Shown: piece after piece, positions 42,840 to 51,931 of the stretch
How the letters are laid out: each line of letters begins with the position of its first letter
Position numbering within the stretch: position 1 is the stretch's first letter
Source: an uncultured Pseudomonadota bacterium
GTDB taxonomy: Bacteria; Pseudomonadota; Alphaproteobacteria; Rhizobiales; Xanthobacteraceae
Assembly: GCA_963791155.1 (NCBI GenBank)
Contig: CAWBRI010000020.1
Coordinates: 75,518-139,517, forward strand
Direction: 5' to 3'
Length of the DNA stretch: 64,000 nt
Made by a program: the position numbers and the translations under genes
Notes under the pieces: generated by a model
What the model was told of the DNA's origin: nothing
Seen by the model: the letters and a program-made list of their open reading frames with translations, nothing else
Databases searched by the model: none

Positions 42840-45227
42840 ATGTCGATGTGCGTGCACCGATCGCTTCGCGGCGGATCGTTGGTGATGTTTCTTGCGCTGG
42901 GCGCCGCATGGCTCGCGGCGTGCGGCCAGATTCCCTATCAGCACGAGCCGCGCACCCCCGACGTGTTCGACAAGATCCGCGAGATCGATTTGCTGCCGCG
43001 GTTTCCGCAGCAGGCCGGTGCGGGCGGCCAGAACGGCGGGCCCTCCGCCCGAGCCCAGGTCTATCCCGGCGTCGTGGTGGCACCCATCGAAGGCCGTCAG
43101 CAGCCGGCGCCGAACGGCGAGGGCGGCGAGGGCTATGAGCTCAATTTCGAGAACACGCCGATCGCGTCGGTCGCCAAGGTCGTGCTCGGCGACATTCTGG
43201 GGACCGGGTTCATCGTGGATCCGCGCGTTCAGGGCACCATAAGTCTCGCGTCGGGCCGGCCCGTGCCGAAGTCCGATCTGCTTTTCGTGCTCGAAAACGC
43301 GTTGCGCCTGAGCGGCGTGGTGCTGGTGAGGGACGTCCGAGGGCTATCGGCTCATTCCGCTCGGCGACGCGGTCGGCGCCGGCAATCTGGATTCGGCCGA
43401 GGCGCGCGCCGAGCCGGGCTACGGAATTTCCGTCGTTCCGCTGCAATACGTTTCGGCCGCGACCCTGATCAAGCTGCTCGACAGCTTCGCGACCAAGCCG
43501 GGCACGGTGCGCGCCGACACCACGCGCAACATGCTGCTCATTCAGGGCAGCGGCGCCGAGCGTCGCGCCGCCATCGAGACGGTGCTCGGCTTCGACGTCG
43601 ATTGGATGCGCGGGCAATCGGTCGGCGTTTTCCCGATTCAATACAGCAATCCCGAGCCGATCATCACCGAGCTGGAGAAGATCCTGGATTCCGGCGAGGG
43701 CGGCCTCAGCCAGAACATCGTCAAGTTCCAGGTGATCGCCCGCCTGAACGCCATCCTGGTGGTCAGCCGCAAGCCCGACCTGCTGCGAGCGGCGGAGACC
43801 TGGATCAAGCGGCTCGACTCCGCCGATACGACGCGAACCGGCGTGCACGTCTATCGGGTCAAGTACGGCGAGGCGCGCCAGCTCGCCCGCGTGCTGAACG
43901 AGGTTTTCGTCGGCGGCGGCGGAGGAGGCGGCTCCTTCGATACGCCGGCCAATCAGCTTTCGCCGGGCAGCGGCGGTGTCGACCTCGACGAGCAGCACGG
44001 ACCGCTCGTCGTCCGGCGGCCGGTCGGCGGCACTGGGAAGCGCAGTCAGGCGGGACGGGCGGGACGGGCGGCTTCGGCAACAGAGCCGGCGGCGGCAACG
44101 CGGGCGGTTTCGGGCGGAACGGCCGAGGCGCGCTGGGGACCGCGACGGCGAGCACGCTCGGCCGCTCGACCCGGCGCCGACCGCGAACGCCCTCGACGCC
44201 CGCGGCTCCACGGCGGGGCGGGCGGCGGACCAGCCCTTCCTGGAAGGCGTGCGGATCACGGCCGACGTCGCCAGCAATTCGCTGCTGATCTACGCGCAGC
44301 ACGGAAAATTACCAGATCATCGAGCGGACCCTGGTGCAACTCGACCGGCCGCAGTTGCAGGTCGCGATCGACGCGACCGTCGCCGAGGTCACGCTCAACG
44401 ACAATCTCAGCTACGGGGTTCAGTTCTTTCTCCAGAGCAAGAATATCGGCGTGCCGGACGGGCAACGATCTCCAACATACCGACGTCGCCGCCGGGCCAG
44501 CCGTCGTTCAACGCGACGGGCCTCGTCGGCGCGTCCCTCAATCGGGCGTTTCCGGGTTTCAATCTTCTGATCGGATCGGAGCTCAACCCGAACGTGATTC
44601 TCGACGCCTTGCACGCCGTGACCACCGTCAAGGTGCTGTCGAATCCCTCGCTCGTGGTCATCGACAACCAGGTGGCGACCCTGATGGTCGGCAGCGACGT
44701 GCCGATCTCGACCGGCACCGGCAACGTGCTCAACGCGGCGACGGGCACCAGCAACACGATCGTCAACACCATCGACTATCGCAACGTCGGCATCATCCTT
44801 CGCGTGGTGCCCGCGCGTCAGCGTCAACGGCAACGTGCGGCTCGATATCGAGCAGGAGATCAGCCAGGTCGCGAACGGCTCGAGCTCGCTCCATCGACCT
44901 GACGCCGACGGTTTCGCAACGCAAGGTCAAGAGCTCGATCGCGGTCGCGAGCGGCCAGACCGTGCTGCTGGCGGGGCTGATCCAGGAGCAGCAGGAGCTC
45001 GACGCGCGGCGGCATTCCGCTGCTCGATCAGATTCCCAAGCTGGGCGACGCCTTCTCGCACCAGACCAAGGGCGATCACCCGCACCGAGCTGATCATCTT
45101 CATCCGCCCGCAGATCATTCGCGACAGCGTCGACGCCCATTTCGTCGCCGAGGAGTTGCGCACCAAGCTGCGCGGCACGATCGGAGCGGTGCCGTCGTAT
45201 GTCCGCCGCTCGCCGAAGGTTCGTTAG
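42840..45227 (+). pseudogene. gspD: T2SS secretin GspD with a lipoprotein signal peptide, at least 8 frameshifts as sequenced
   Basis: The N-terminus is MSMCVHRSLRGGSLVMFLALGAAWLAAC (lipobox LAAC). The N0/N1-like parts are YELNFENTPIASVAKVVLGDILG and YRLIPLGDAV...GYGISVVPLQYVSAATLIKLL. The secretin core is VRITADVASNSLLIY, LDRPQLQVAIDATVAEVTLND, VLSNPSLVVIDNQVATLMVGSDVP, IDYRNVGIILRVVP, GQTVLLAGLIQE, IPLLDQIPKLGDAF and TELIIFIRPQIIRD, spread over three frames. Confidence 0.85.
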
Positions 45228-45267
45228 TTCCGCCGACGGGGATCGTTGGCTGTCCGCTGCCCGCCGC

Positions 45268-45920
45268 ATGATCGGCCGAACGGGGCTCGGCCAATGCTGG
45301 CGCGCTGGTCCTCCTGATCTCGCGGACGCTGGCGATCCGCCACGGACCGTTGAGGCGGTCACGATCGTCATCGCGTTGCGGCCACGGCGTCGCGGCGAGC
45401 GTGCTCCTGTGTCCCGACGCGCGTGGCGTCGGCCGGCGCCGGCCTGGCGCTCGCTGATGATCGCGATCGCGGTCGTCGATGCGCGTCGTTTTATCATTCC
45501 GGACGAATTGACGGTCGCCGCGCTCGCGCTCGGACTGGTGCATGCGGCGTTGTGGGACACCGATGCGCTCATGGAGGCGCTCGCCACGGCGGCGTTGCGC
45601 GGCGCCGCGCTCGGCGCTGGCCTTCCTCGCCCTGCGGGTCGCGTACCGGCGCCTGCGCGGACGCGAGGGCATCGGGCTCGGCGACGTGAAGCTTGCCGGC
45701 GTCGCCGGGGTGTGGCTCGATTGGTCGACGATCCCGATTGCGATCGAGATCGCCGCGCTGGCCGCGCTGGCGGTTTACGCCGTTCAGATACTTTCACGAC
45801 GGCCGGGTCGGCGCCACCACAAGGCTGCCGTTCGGCCTCTTCTTCGCGCCCGCGATCTGGATCGGCTGGCTGTGGGAGTCGATGCTGCCGCTGTTTCCAT
45901 CCGTGGCGTCGTTCCAATAG
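45268..45920 (+). pseudogene. gspO: A24-family prepilin peptidase, at least 3 frameshifts as sequenced; start uncertain
   Basis: Fragments are LMIAIAVVDARRFIIPDELT, GIGLGDVKLAGVAGVWLDW (second catalytic Asp context) and LPFGLFFAPAIWIGWLW. It lies immediately downstream of gspD. Confidence 0.6.
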
Positions 45921-46027
45921 ACTGTCGCGCAATTTCGGGGGGCGGAAATCATCGGGTGACGGCAAGACGCGGGCCGCCCAAGGGGCCGGACCGATCGGGA
46001 CCAGGAATTGCTGCAGGAGAACCCAAG

Positions 46028-46522
46028 ATGGAGAAGGCCGTAAAGTTCCTCGCCGCCGCGGTGACGCTCTGGCTTTCCGCCGCCTCGTGCGCCAACAGCG
46101 CCGGCCTGTACGAGGGCGACACCATCCACCGTCGCGGCGAGCGTGTCGTCGCGGCGCGGACCATCAGGCCGCCGTCGTGGCAAGCCCAGGCCAAGGCGGA
46201 GGCGTTGCTCGGATTCAAGTACGAGCATGGCCTGGGCGTTCCGCAGGCCTACGAGCCGGCTGTCGATCTGTATATCAGCGCGGCCGAGCAGGGCGATCCG
46301 ACCGGACAATATCTGCTCGGCCTGATGTACGACAAAGGCCACGGCGTCCGCCGCGACGGGGTGCTGGCCCATATGTGGCTCAATCTGGCGGCCGCTCACG
46401 CGCCGAGACGCTATCGCGAATATTATTTGAAGATGCGGGACGCCGTGGCGACCAAGATGACGCCCGGCCAGATCGTTGCGGCGCAAAGGCTGGCGATTCA
46501 ATGGGTGCCGAAGCCGCGGTGA
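46028..46522 (+). CDS. Sel1-repeat (SLR/TPR-like) secreted protein
   Basis: The signal peptide is MEKAVKFLAAAVTLWLSAASCA. Sel1 repeats follow (AEALLGFKYEHGLGVPQAYEPAVDLYISAAEQGDPTGQYLLGLMYDKGHGV). Confidence 0.8.
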   Translation: MEKAVKFLAAAVTLWLSAASCANSAGLYEGDTIHRRGERVVAARTIRPPSWQAQAKAEALLGFKYEHGLGVPQAYEPAVDLYISAAEQGDPTGQYLLGLMYDKGHGVRRDGVLAHMWLNLAAAHAPRRYREYYLKMRDAVATKMTPGQIVAAQRLAIQWVPKPR

Positions 46523-46555
46523 TAGGACCGGCGGCGCAAGTCGCCGCACGCGCGG

Positions 46556-47404
46556 TCACACCGCCACGTTGTCGATCAGCCGGGTCTTGCCGATGCGGGC
46601 CGCCACCAGGAGACGGATCGGACCATCCTTGGTCGAGGCGACCCGCATGAGCGTCTCGGCATGGCGCGCCTCGAGATAGTCGAGCGCGAACCCGGCCTGC
46701 TCGATGTCGCGACCGCCCGCCGCGAGCGCCTCCGGGATCGCGCCGCCTGAAGAAATCATGCCGGCGCATGCCTTGAGGGTGCGAAAGAGCGCGGGTGCGG
46801 CCCGGCGCTCCTGCGGCGTCAGGTAGACGTTGCGCGACGACAGCGCGAGGCCGTCCCGCTCGCGCACCGTCGGCATGCCGACGACCTTGACCGGCAGGTC
46901 GAGGTCGCGCGCCATGCGGGTGACGACCCTGAGCTGCTGAAAATCCTTCTCGCCGAAGATCGCGAAGTCGGGCCGGCATTGGATGAAGAGCTTGCCGACC
47001 ACGGTGGCGACGCCGGCGAAGAAGTGCGGCCGGAACCTGTCCTCCAGCCCGGCGAGCGCCGCGCCTTCGGGCGCGATCCGGGTCGCGAACCCGGGCGGAT
47101 ACATGACGCCGGTGCCCGGGGCCCAAACGGCGTCGACCTCGAGGCTGGCGAGCGCCGCGACGTCGCGCGCGAACGTTCGCGGATAGCTGTCGAGATCCTC
47201 GTGCGGGCCGAATTGCGCCGGATTGACGAAGATCGACACGATCACCTTGTCGGCGCGGCGCCGCGCGTGGCGCACGAGCGCCAGGTGGCCGTCGTGCAAG
47301 GCCCCCATGGTGGGCACCAGCGCGACCTTGCCGCCGCGCCCTATTCGCGCGAGGACGCGGTCGAGCGCCTTGATCGAGCGTGCCACCTGCACTTTATGTC
47401 CCAT
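46556..47404 (-). CDS. panC: pantoate--beta-alanine ligase
   Basis: The start [14 protein letters not shown] lies in ORF 46556..47449. PanC motifs are [15 protein letters not shown] and [11 protein letters not shown]. Confidence 0.92.
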   Translation of the reverse strand: MGHKVQVARSIKALDRVLARIGRGGKVALVPTMGALHDGHLALVRHARRRADKVIVSIFVNPAQFGPHEDLDSYPRTFARDVAALASLEVDAVWAPGTGVMYPPGFATRIAPEGAALAGLEDRFRPHFFAGVATVVGKLFIQCRPDFAIFGEKDFQQLRVVTRMARDLDLPVKVVGMPTVRERDGLALSSRNVYLTPQERRAAPALFRTLKACAGMISSGGAIPEALAAGGRDIEQAGFALDYLEARHAETLMRVASTKDGPIRLLVAARIGKTRLIDNVAV

Positions 47405-47587
47405 GGCTGGGCTGACCTCGATTTGCCTTGAATTCCGGTGGCAGTGCAAAAATATCAGAGCGCTCGCGCGCCCGCCATGCCCGGCAACTCATCATGAAAC
47501 CGTCGCGCCCATGCTGAAAGCCTGACCCGCGTTGGTTCGCCGAGCGACCTTGACCACGTCGCCCGATGGCTCCATGATTGCGCCACT

Positions 47588-47694
47588 CCAGGGAGATCCC
47601 CGACAAGGGGCTGAGAAACCGCTGGGCCGGTCGGGAGACCGGCAGCGCGGAAATCCTTCGAACCTGATCCGGTTCATACCGGCGTAGGGATTGG
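47588..47694 (+). ncRNA. TPP (THI-box) riboswitch aptamer
   Basis: The sequence is CCAGGGAGAUCCCCGACAAGGGGCUGAGAAACC...CUUCGAACCUGAUCCGGUUCAUACCGGCGUAGGGAUUGG. It contains the conserved CUGAGA and ACCUGAUC-GG-U-AUACC-GCGUAGGGA cores. It lies upstream of thiOSGE on the same strand. Confidence 0.85.
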
Positions 47695-47743
47695 ATTTCT
47701 GGCTCAGCCGGCCGCGAAACTCCGATCCCTCCGATCCCACCGA

Positions 47744-47929
47744 AACCCGGGCTTGCCCGGGTTTCGCATCAATAGTGCGCAAGTCGGGCAGGCCCGACTT
47801 GCGGCAACCCGGGCTTGCCCGGGTTTCGCATCAATAGTGCGCAAGTCGGGCAGGCCCGACTTGCGGCAACCCGGGCTTGCTCGGGTTTCGCATTGATGGT
47901 GCGCAAGTCGGGCAGGCCCGACTTGCGCG
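47744..47929. repeat. three tandem copies of a 62-bp palindrome-rich (REP-like) repeat
   Basis: Unit starts are at 47744, 47806 and 47868. Each unit contains the hairpins AACCCGGGC-tt-GCCCGGGTT and GCAAGTCGGGC-ag-GCCCGACTTGC. Copies 1 and 2 are identical and copy 3 has a few substitutions. Confidence 0.9.
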
Positions 47930-48010
47930 AGAGAGACGGAGATCGACGTGAGCTGGCGCCGCCATACCCCGTTTTGCGTCGGGAAGCCTTTGAGGCCGGT
48001 CGATGCGCTC

Positions 48011-49165
48011 ATGCACGCCGCCGGCCCGGCATCGACGAACCCGCAACCGACCTCCACCGACGTCGCGATCGTGGGGGCGGGCGCGATCGGACTGTCGATC
48101 GGCTGGCGACTGGCCGCCGCCGGTCTCGCGGTGACGGTGTTCGACCGCGGCGAGGTCGAGCGCGAGCCTTGCGGCGACCGGCATGCTTGCGGCCGCGACC
48201 GAGCTCGAGCCCGGCGGCGCCGATCTGCTCGCGCTCGCGTTGGAAAGCCGCAGGCTGTGGTCGCTCTACCGGGCCGAGCTCGAAAGCCAGTCGGGGATCG
48301 ACATCGACTATCGCCACGAAGGCATTCTCACCGTGGCGCTCGGCCGCGACGAGGTCGACCGTCTGAGGTTTCGCCATGACCTGCAGGCGCGCTCGGGTCT
48401 CGCGACGCGCTGGCTGGACGGGCCGGACGTGCGCGCCATGGAGCCGGCATTGCGACCATCGGCAAGCGCGGGGATTTTCTGCGCGGACGACCATCAGGTC
48501 GATCCCCGATGCCTCGTACCGGCGTTGCGCCGCGCGTTTGCGGCGCATGGCGGCCGGCTGCTGGAAAACCTGCCCGTGCTGTCGCTCGATATTGCCGGCG
48601 CCCGCGTCAACGGCGTCGTGACGCCGCAAGGACTTTGCCGGGCCGCGACCGTCATCGTCGCGAACGGCGCGTGGGCCGGAACCGCGGAGGTTCTCGGCGA
48701 CGCGCTTGCCGTTCCGGTGCGTCCGCTCAAGGGGCAGGCGCTCGCGCTGCGCACCACGCCGCGCACCGGCACGCCGGCGCATGTGGTGTGGACCGAGCAG
48801 GTGCATCTCGCGCCGAAAGCCGGCGGGCGCCTCATCGTGGGCGCGACCGTGGAAGAGTGCGGCTTCGACAGTGCCGTCACGGCGGGCGGAGTCTTTGCGC
48901 TGCTGGAAGGAGCCAGGCGGGCATTTCCCTGCATCGAGGACATGGAAATCGAGGCGATCTGGACCGGCTTCCGGCCGACGTCCGACGACGATGCGCCGAT
49001 CCTCGGCACGACCGGCATCGCGGGCCTGGTGCTGGCGACCGGTCATCATCGCAACGGCATCCTGCTCGCGCCCGTCACCGCGCAGGCGATCCATGACCTC
49101 GTGGTAGGCGGCGCGATGGCGGGCGCTGCCACTCGGTTCGGTCTCGGTCGTTTCGCCGGGGGTGA
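48011..49165 (+). pseudogene. thiO: glycine oxidase ThiO (FAD-dependent), 1 frameshift near 48155 and probably one at the 3' end
   Basis: The sequence has DVAIVGAGAIGLSIGWRLA (the FAD fold) and then GMLAAATELEPGG in another frame (ORF 48183..49385). As sequenced the ORF runs on to 49385, overlapping thiS. A TGA at 49163..49165 would be in frame if the G5 run 49158..49162 were one base longer. Confidence 0.75.
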
Positions 49166-49219
49166 CGTCAAGAACGGCGTCGTGTCGGGCGCCGGCTTAC
49201 CGCTACAAGGAGCAACCAC

Positions 49220-49432
49220 ATGCGGCTCAACCTCAACGGTGAAGAGCGCGACTGCGCATACGCGGACCTCGCGGATTTGTGGCGCGCCGAGACCGCGGAG
49301 CTGGCGCTGCCCACGCCCAAGGGTTTCGCCATCGCGCTCAACGGGGCCGTCGTGCCGCGCGCGGCGTGGCCGGCCACCGCGTTGAACGACGGCGACCGGG
49401 TCGAGATCATCCGCGCCATGCAGGGAGGTTGA
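49220..49432 (+). CDS. thiS: thiamine biosynthesis sulfur carrier ThiS
   Basis: 70 aa ending in GG (IIRAMQGG). An AAGGAG RBS lies upstream. It is followed by thiG. Confidence 0.9.
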   Translation: MRLNLNGEERDCAYADLADLWRAETAELALPTPKGFAIALNGAVVPRAAWPATALNDGDRVEIIRAMQGG

Positions 49433-49433
49433 C

Positions 49434-50207
49434 ATGAGCGAACAAGATCCCTTCACGATCGCCGAAACCACGATCGGCTCGCGCCTGCTGCTGGGCACCG
49501 CGGGCTATCCCAACCAGCGCATCATGCGTGACGCGGTCGAGGCGAGCGGATGCGAGATCGTCACCGTCTCGATCCGGCGGATTTCGCTCAAGGGTCATGG
49601 CTCGGATACGATCGGCTTGCTCGCGGGCCGTCGCTTTCTTCCCAACACCGCCGGCTGCGAGACCGCGCGCGACGCCGTGCTCACCGCCGAGCTCGCGCGC
49701 GAGGCGCTGGAGACCAACTGGGTCAAGCTCGAGGTCATCGGCGACCGCGAAACGCTCTATCCGGACGTGGCCGAGCTCTTGGAAGCGACCCGTCAGCTCG
49801 TCGCGCGCGGATTCGTGGTTCTGCCCTATGCGACGGACGACCCCGTCGTCTGCCGGCGGCTGGCGGATCTCGGCGCCGCGGCCGTGATGCCGATGGGATC
49901 ACTGATCGGCTCGGGCATGGGCGTCGCCAATCCGGCCAACCTCGAGCTGATCTGCCGGCGCTCGCCGGTGCCGGTCATCGTCGATGCCGGGATCGGGACA
50001 GCCTCCGACGCGGTCATCGCCATGGAGCTGGGCGCGGCCGCGGTGCTTCTCAATACCGCGGTCGCGAAAGCGGACGATCCGGTCAGCATGGGACGCGCCA
50101 TGCGGCACGCGGTGCTGGCCGGACGGCACGCGTTTCGGGCCGGGCGTATTCCGCGGCGCGGCCGCGCCGAGCCGTCGAGCCCGCAGCTCGGCCTCGTCGG
50201 GTCGTGA
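49434..50207 (+). CDS. thiG: thiazole synthase
   Basis: Intact 257-aa ORF with typical ThiG sequence ([22 protein letters not shown]). Confidence 0.95.
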   Translation: MSEQDPFTIAETTIGSRLLLGTAGYPNQRIMRDAVEASGCEIVTVSIRRISLKGHGSDTIGLLAGRRFLPNTAGCETARDAVLTAELAREALETNWVKLEVIGDRETLYPDVAELLEATRQLVARGFVVLPYATDDPVVCRRLADLGAAAVMPMGSLIGSGMGVANPANLELICRRSPVPVIVDAGIGTASDAVIAMELGAAAVLLNTAVAKADDPVSMGRAMRHAVLAGRHAFRAGRIPRRGRAEPSSPQLGLVGS

Positions 50208-50842
50208 ACGCGCTGCCGTCGCGCCTGCTGGTGGTGACCGACCGACATCAGGCGGAGGCGCCGCTTGAACGGATCGCGACGCAGGCCGTGCTCGCCGGGG
50301 CACGATGGATATGGTTGCGCGAGCGCGACATGGCGGCCACGGAGCGGCGCGAGCTGGCGACGCGCCTGCGCGCGATCACGCGCCGGCATGGAGCGGCTCT
50401 GTCGATCGGCGGCGACGTCGATCTCGCGTTCGACCTCGCGGCCGACGGCGTGCATCTGCGCGCCGGTGCCCCGGTGGCGGCGGCGCGCCGGAAGCTCGGA
50501 GCGCATGCGATCATCGGGGTGTCGGCCCATGGGGCGCCGGAAGTCGCCGCCGCCAAGGCCGCGGGGGCCGACTACGTCACGCTCAGTCCGATCTATCCGA
50601 CGCAGAGCAAGCCGGGCTACGGGCCCGCCCTGGGGATTGGGGCGATCGCACAAGCGGCGCAATCCGAGCTTCCCGTGCTCGCGCTCGGCGGCGTCACCGC
50701 GGAGCGCGCCGCCGCATGCGTTCGCGCCGGCGCCGCCGGCATCGCCGTCATGGGTGGGATCATGCGGGCGGCAGGGCGGCCCGGCGGTCTGGGCGAGATC
50801 TTACAGGCGCTTGCGGGCGCGCTCGCCTGCGACGTCGCATGA
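50204..50842 (+). CDS. thiE: thiamine-phosphate synthase
   Basis: The GTG start overlaps the thiG stop (GTGA at 50204..50207). The sequence includes [19 protein letters not shown] and [15 protein letters not shown]. Confidence 0.85.
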   Translation: MNALPSRLLVVTDRHQAEAPLERIATQAVLAGARWIWLRERDMAATERRELATRLRAITRRHGAALSIGGDVDLAFDLAADGVHLRAGAPVAAARRKLGAHAIIGVSAHGAPEVAAAKAAGADYVTLSPIYPTQSKPGYGPALGIGAIAQAAQSELPVLALGGVTAERAAACVRAGAAGIAVMGGIMRAAGRPGGLGEILQALAGALACDVA

Positions 50843-51048
50843 GCCGGCCGGCCGCGGCCCAAATCCCGAGCCCGGGCATATTGCGTCTTTGGTCGGTACT
50901 CGTCACCTTGCGACATGGCACGACGCGATATGGCACGACGCGACATGAAACGAGAAGCGCGCAGGCAGCGCCATGACGCGGTGATCCGCGGGCGGGCCGG
51001 CGCGCGCAAGCCGGCCGCGCCCAAACCCGAGGCGCCTGCGAGAACGCA

Positions 51049-51747
51049 ATGGCATCCGTTCTGATCGGCATCGCGGCGCTTCTGATCGTGCTGTGGTTCA
51101 TGCACAAATTCGTGCGGGCCAACCCGACCGGAATGGCGAATCTCCTGCAAAAGGGCGGCGGAGTCGTCGCGATCGTCACCGCGTTCTTTCTCGCGCTGAA
51201 GGGCGGGCTGGCGGTTGCCTTGCCGCTCGCCGTCATGGGATTCGGGCTGCTCGGCTGGATGCCGGGCGGTCTCTTCGGTCCGTGGTGGCAGAGCGGGACG
51301 GGCCGCGTCTCACGCGTGCGCTCGGCCTTCCTGGAGATCGAGCTCGATCAGGACACCGGCGCGATGCGCGGTCGGGTCCTCGCCGGCCGCGCGGCCGGCG
51401 CTGCCCTCGAAACGCTCGATCTTGCGACGCTGAACGGCTTGCTGGCGGAGTTCGACGAGGACAGCCGGAAGCTATTGATGGCTTATCTTGACCGCCGGAA
51501 GGCCGGCGGGCGTGAACACGCGCACGATGGTGCGTACGCGGGGCAGCGCGCTGCGGCGAGTTCCGGCAAAATGACCGAAGAGGAGGCTTATCAGATCCTT
51601 GGCCTTCAGCCGGGGGCGGGTGCGGAGGAAATCGGACGTGCCTACCGCGCCCTCATGAAGAAACTGCATCCCGACCAGGGGGGGTCGACGTACTTGGCTG
51701 CCCGCGTCAATGAGGCCAAGGAGGTTCTTCTTCGCCGACATCGTTGA
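51049..51747 (+). CDS. membrane-anchored J-domain (DnaJ-like) protein
   Basis: There are two N-terminal TM helices. The C-terminal J domain reads EEAYQILGLQPGAGAEEIGRAYRALMKKLHPDQGGS. Confidence 0.85.
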   Translation: MASVLIGIAALLIVLWFMHKFVRANPTGMANLLQKGGGVVAIVTAFFLALKGGLAVALPLAVMGFGLLGWMPGGLFGPWWQSGTGRVSRVRSAFLEIELDQDTGAMRGRVLAGRAAGAALETLDLATLNGLLAEFDEDSRKLLMAYLDRRKAGGREHAHDGAYAGQRAAASSGKMTEEEAYQILGLQPGAGAEEIGRAYRALMKKLHPDQGGSTYLAARVNEAKEVLLRRHR

Positions 51748-51931
51748 ACTCCACTCACGGACAGGCAGGACCCATGTCTGCCGGCCTGTCCGTTACGCAT
51801 TACAAACCGAACTCACCAAACAAACTCGCAAACTCGCGTCTCGATCCGGGCATTCGACGCTTTTTTCCGGCCACCCGGGCCCTTCCCGGATCGAGTCGGG
51901 ATGGGCGGTCGCCGGAACACGTTCCACGGCT

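Noticed and set aside
47744-47929. Possible CRISPR array
   Set aside because: The 62-bp units are directly contiguous with no unique spacers, there are only three copies, and no cas genes are in the window. It is a tandem REP-like repeat instead. The heptamer arrays at 16698 and 61014 also lack spacers.
50915-51063. Small ORF MARRDMARRDMKREARRQRHDAVIRGRAG... beginning in a 15-nt tandem duplication (ATGGCACGACGCGA twice), just upstream of and overlapping the J-domain gene
   Set aside because: It has no RBS and a highly basic low-complexity sequence. The J-domain protein has a good start directly at its first TM helix. I treat it as a leader-region repeat of unknown significance rather than a gene.
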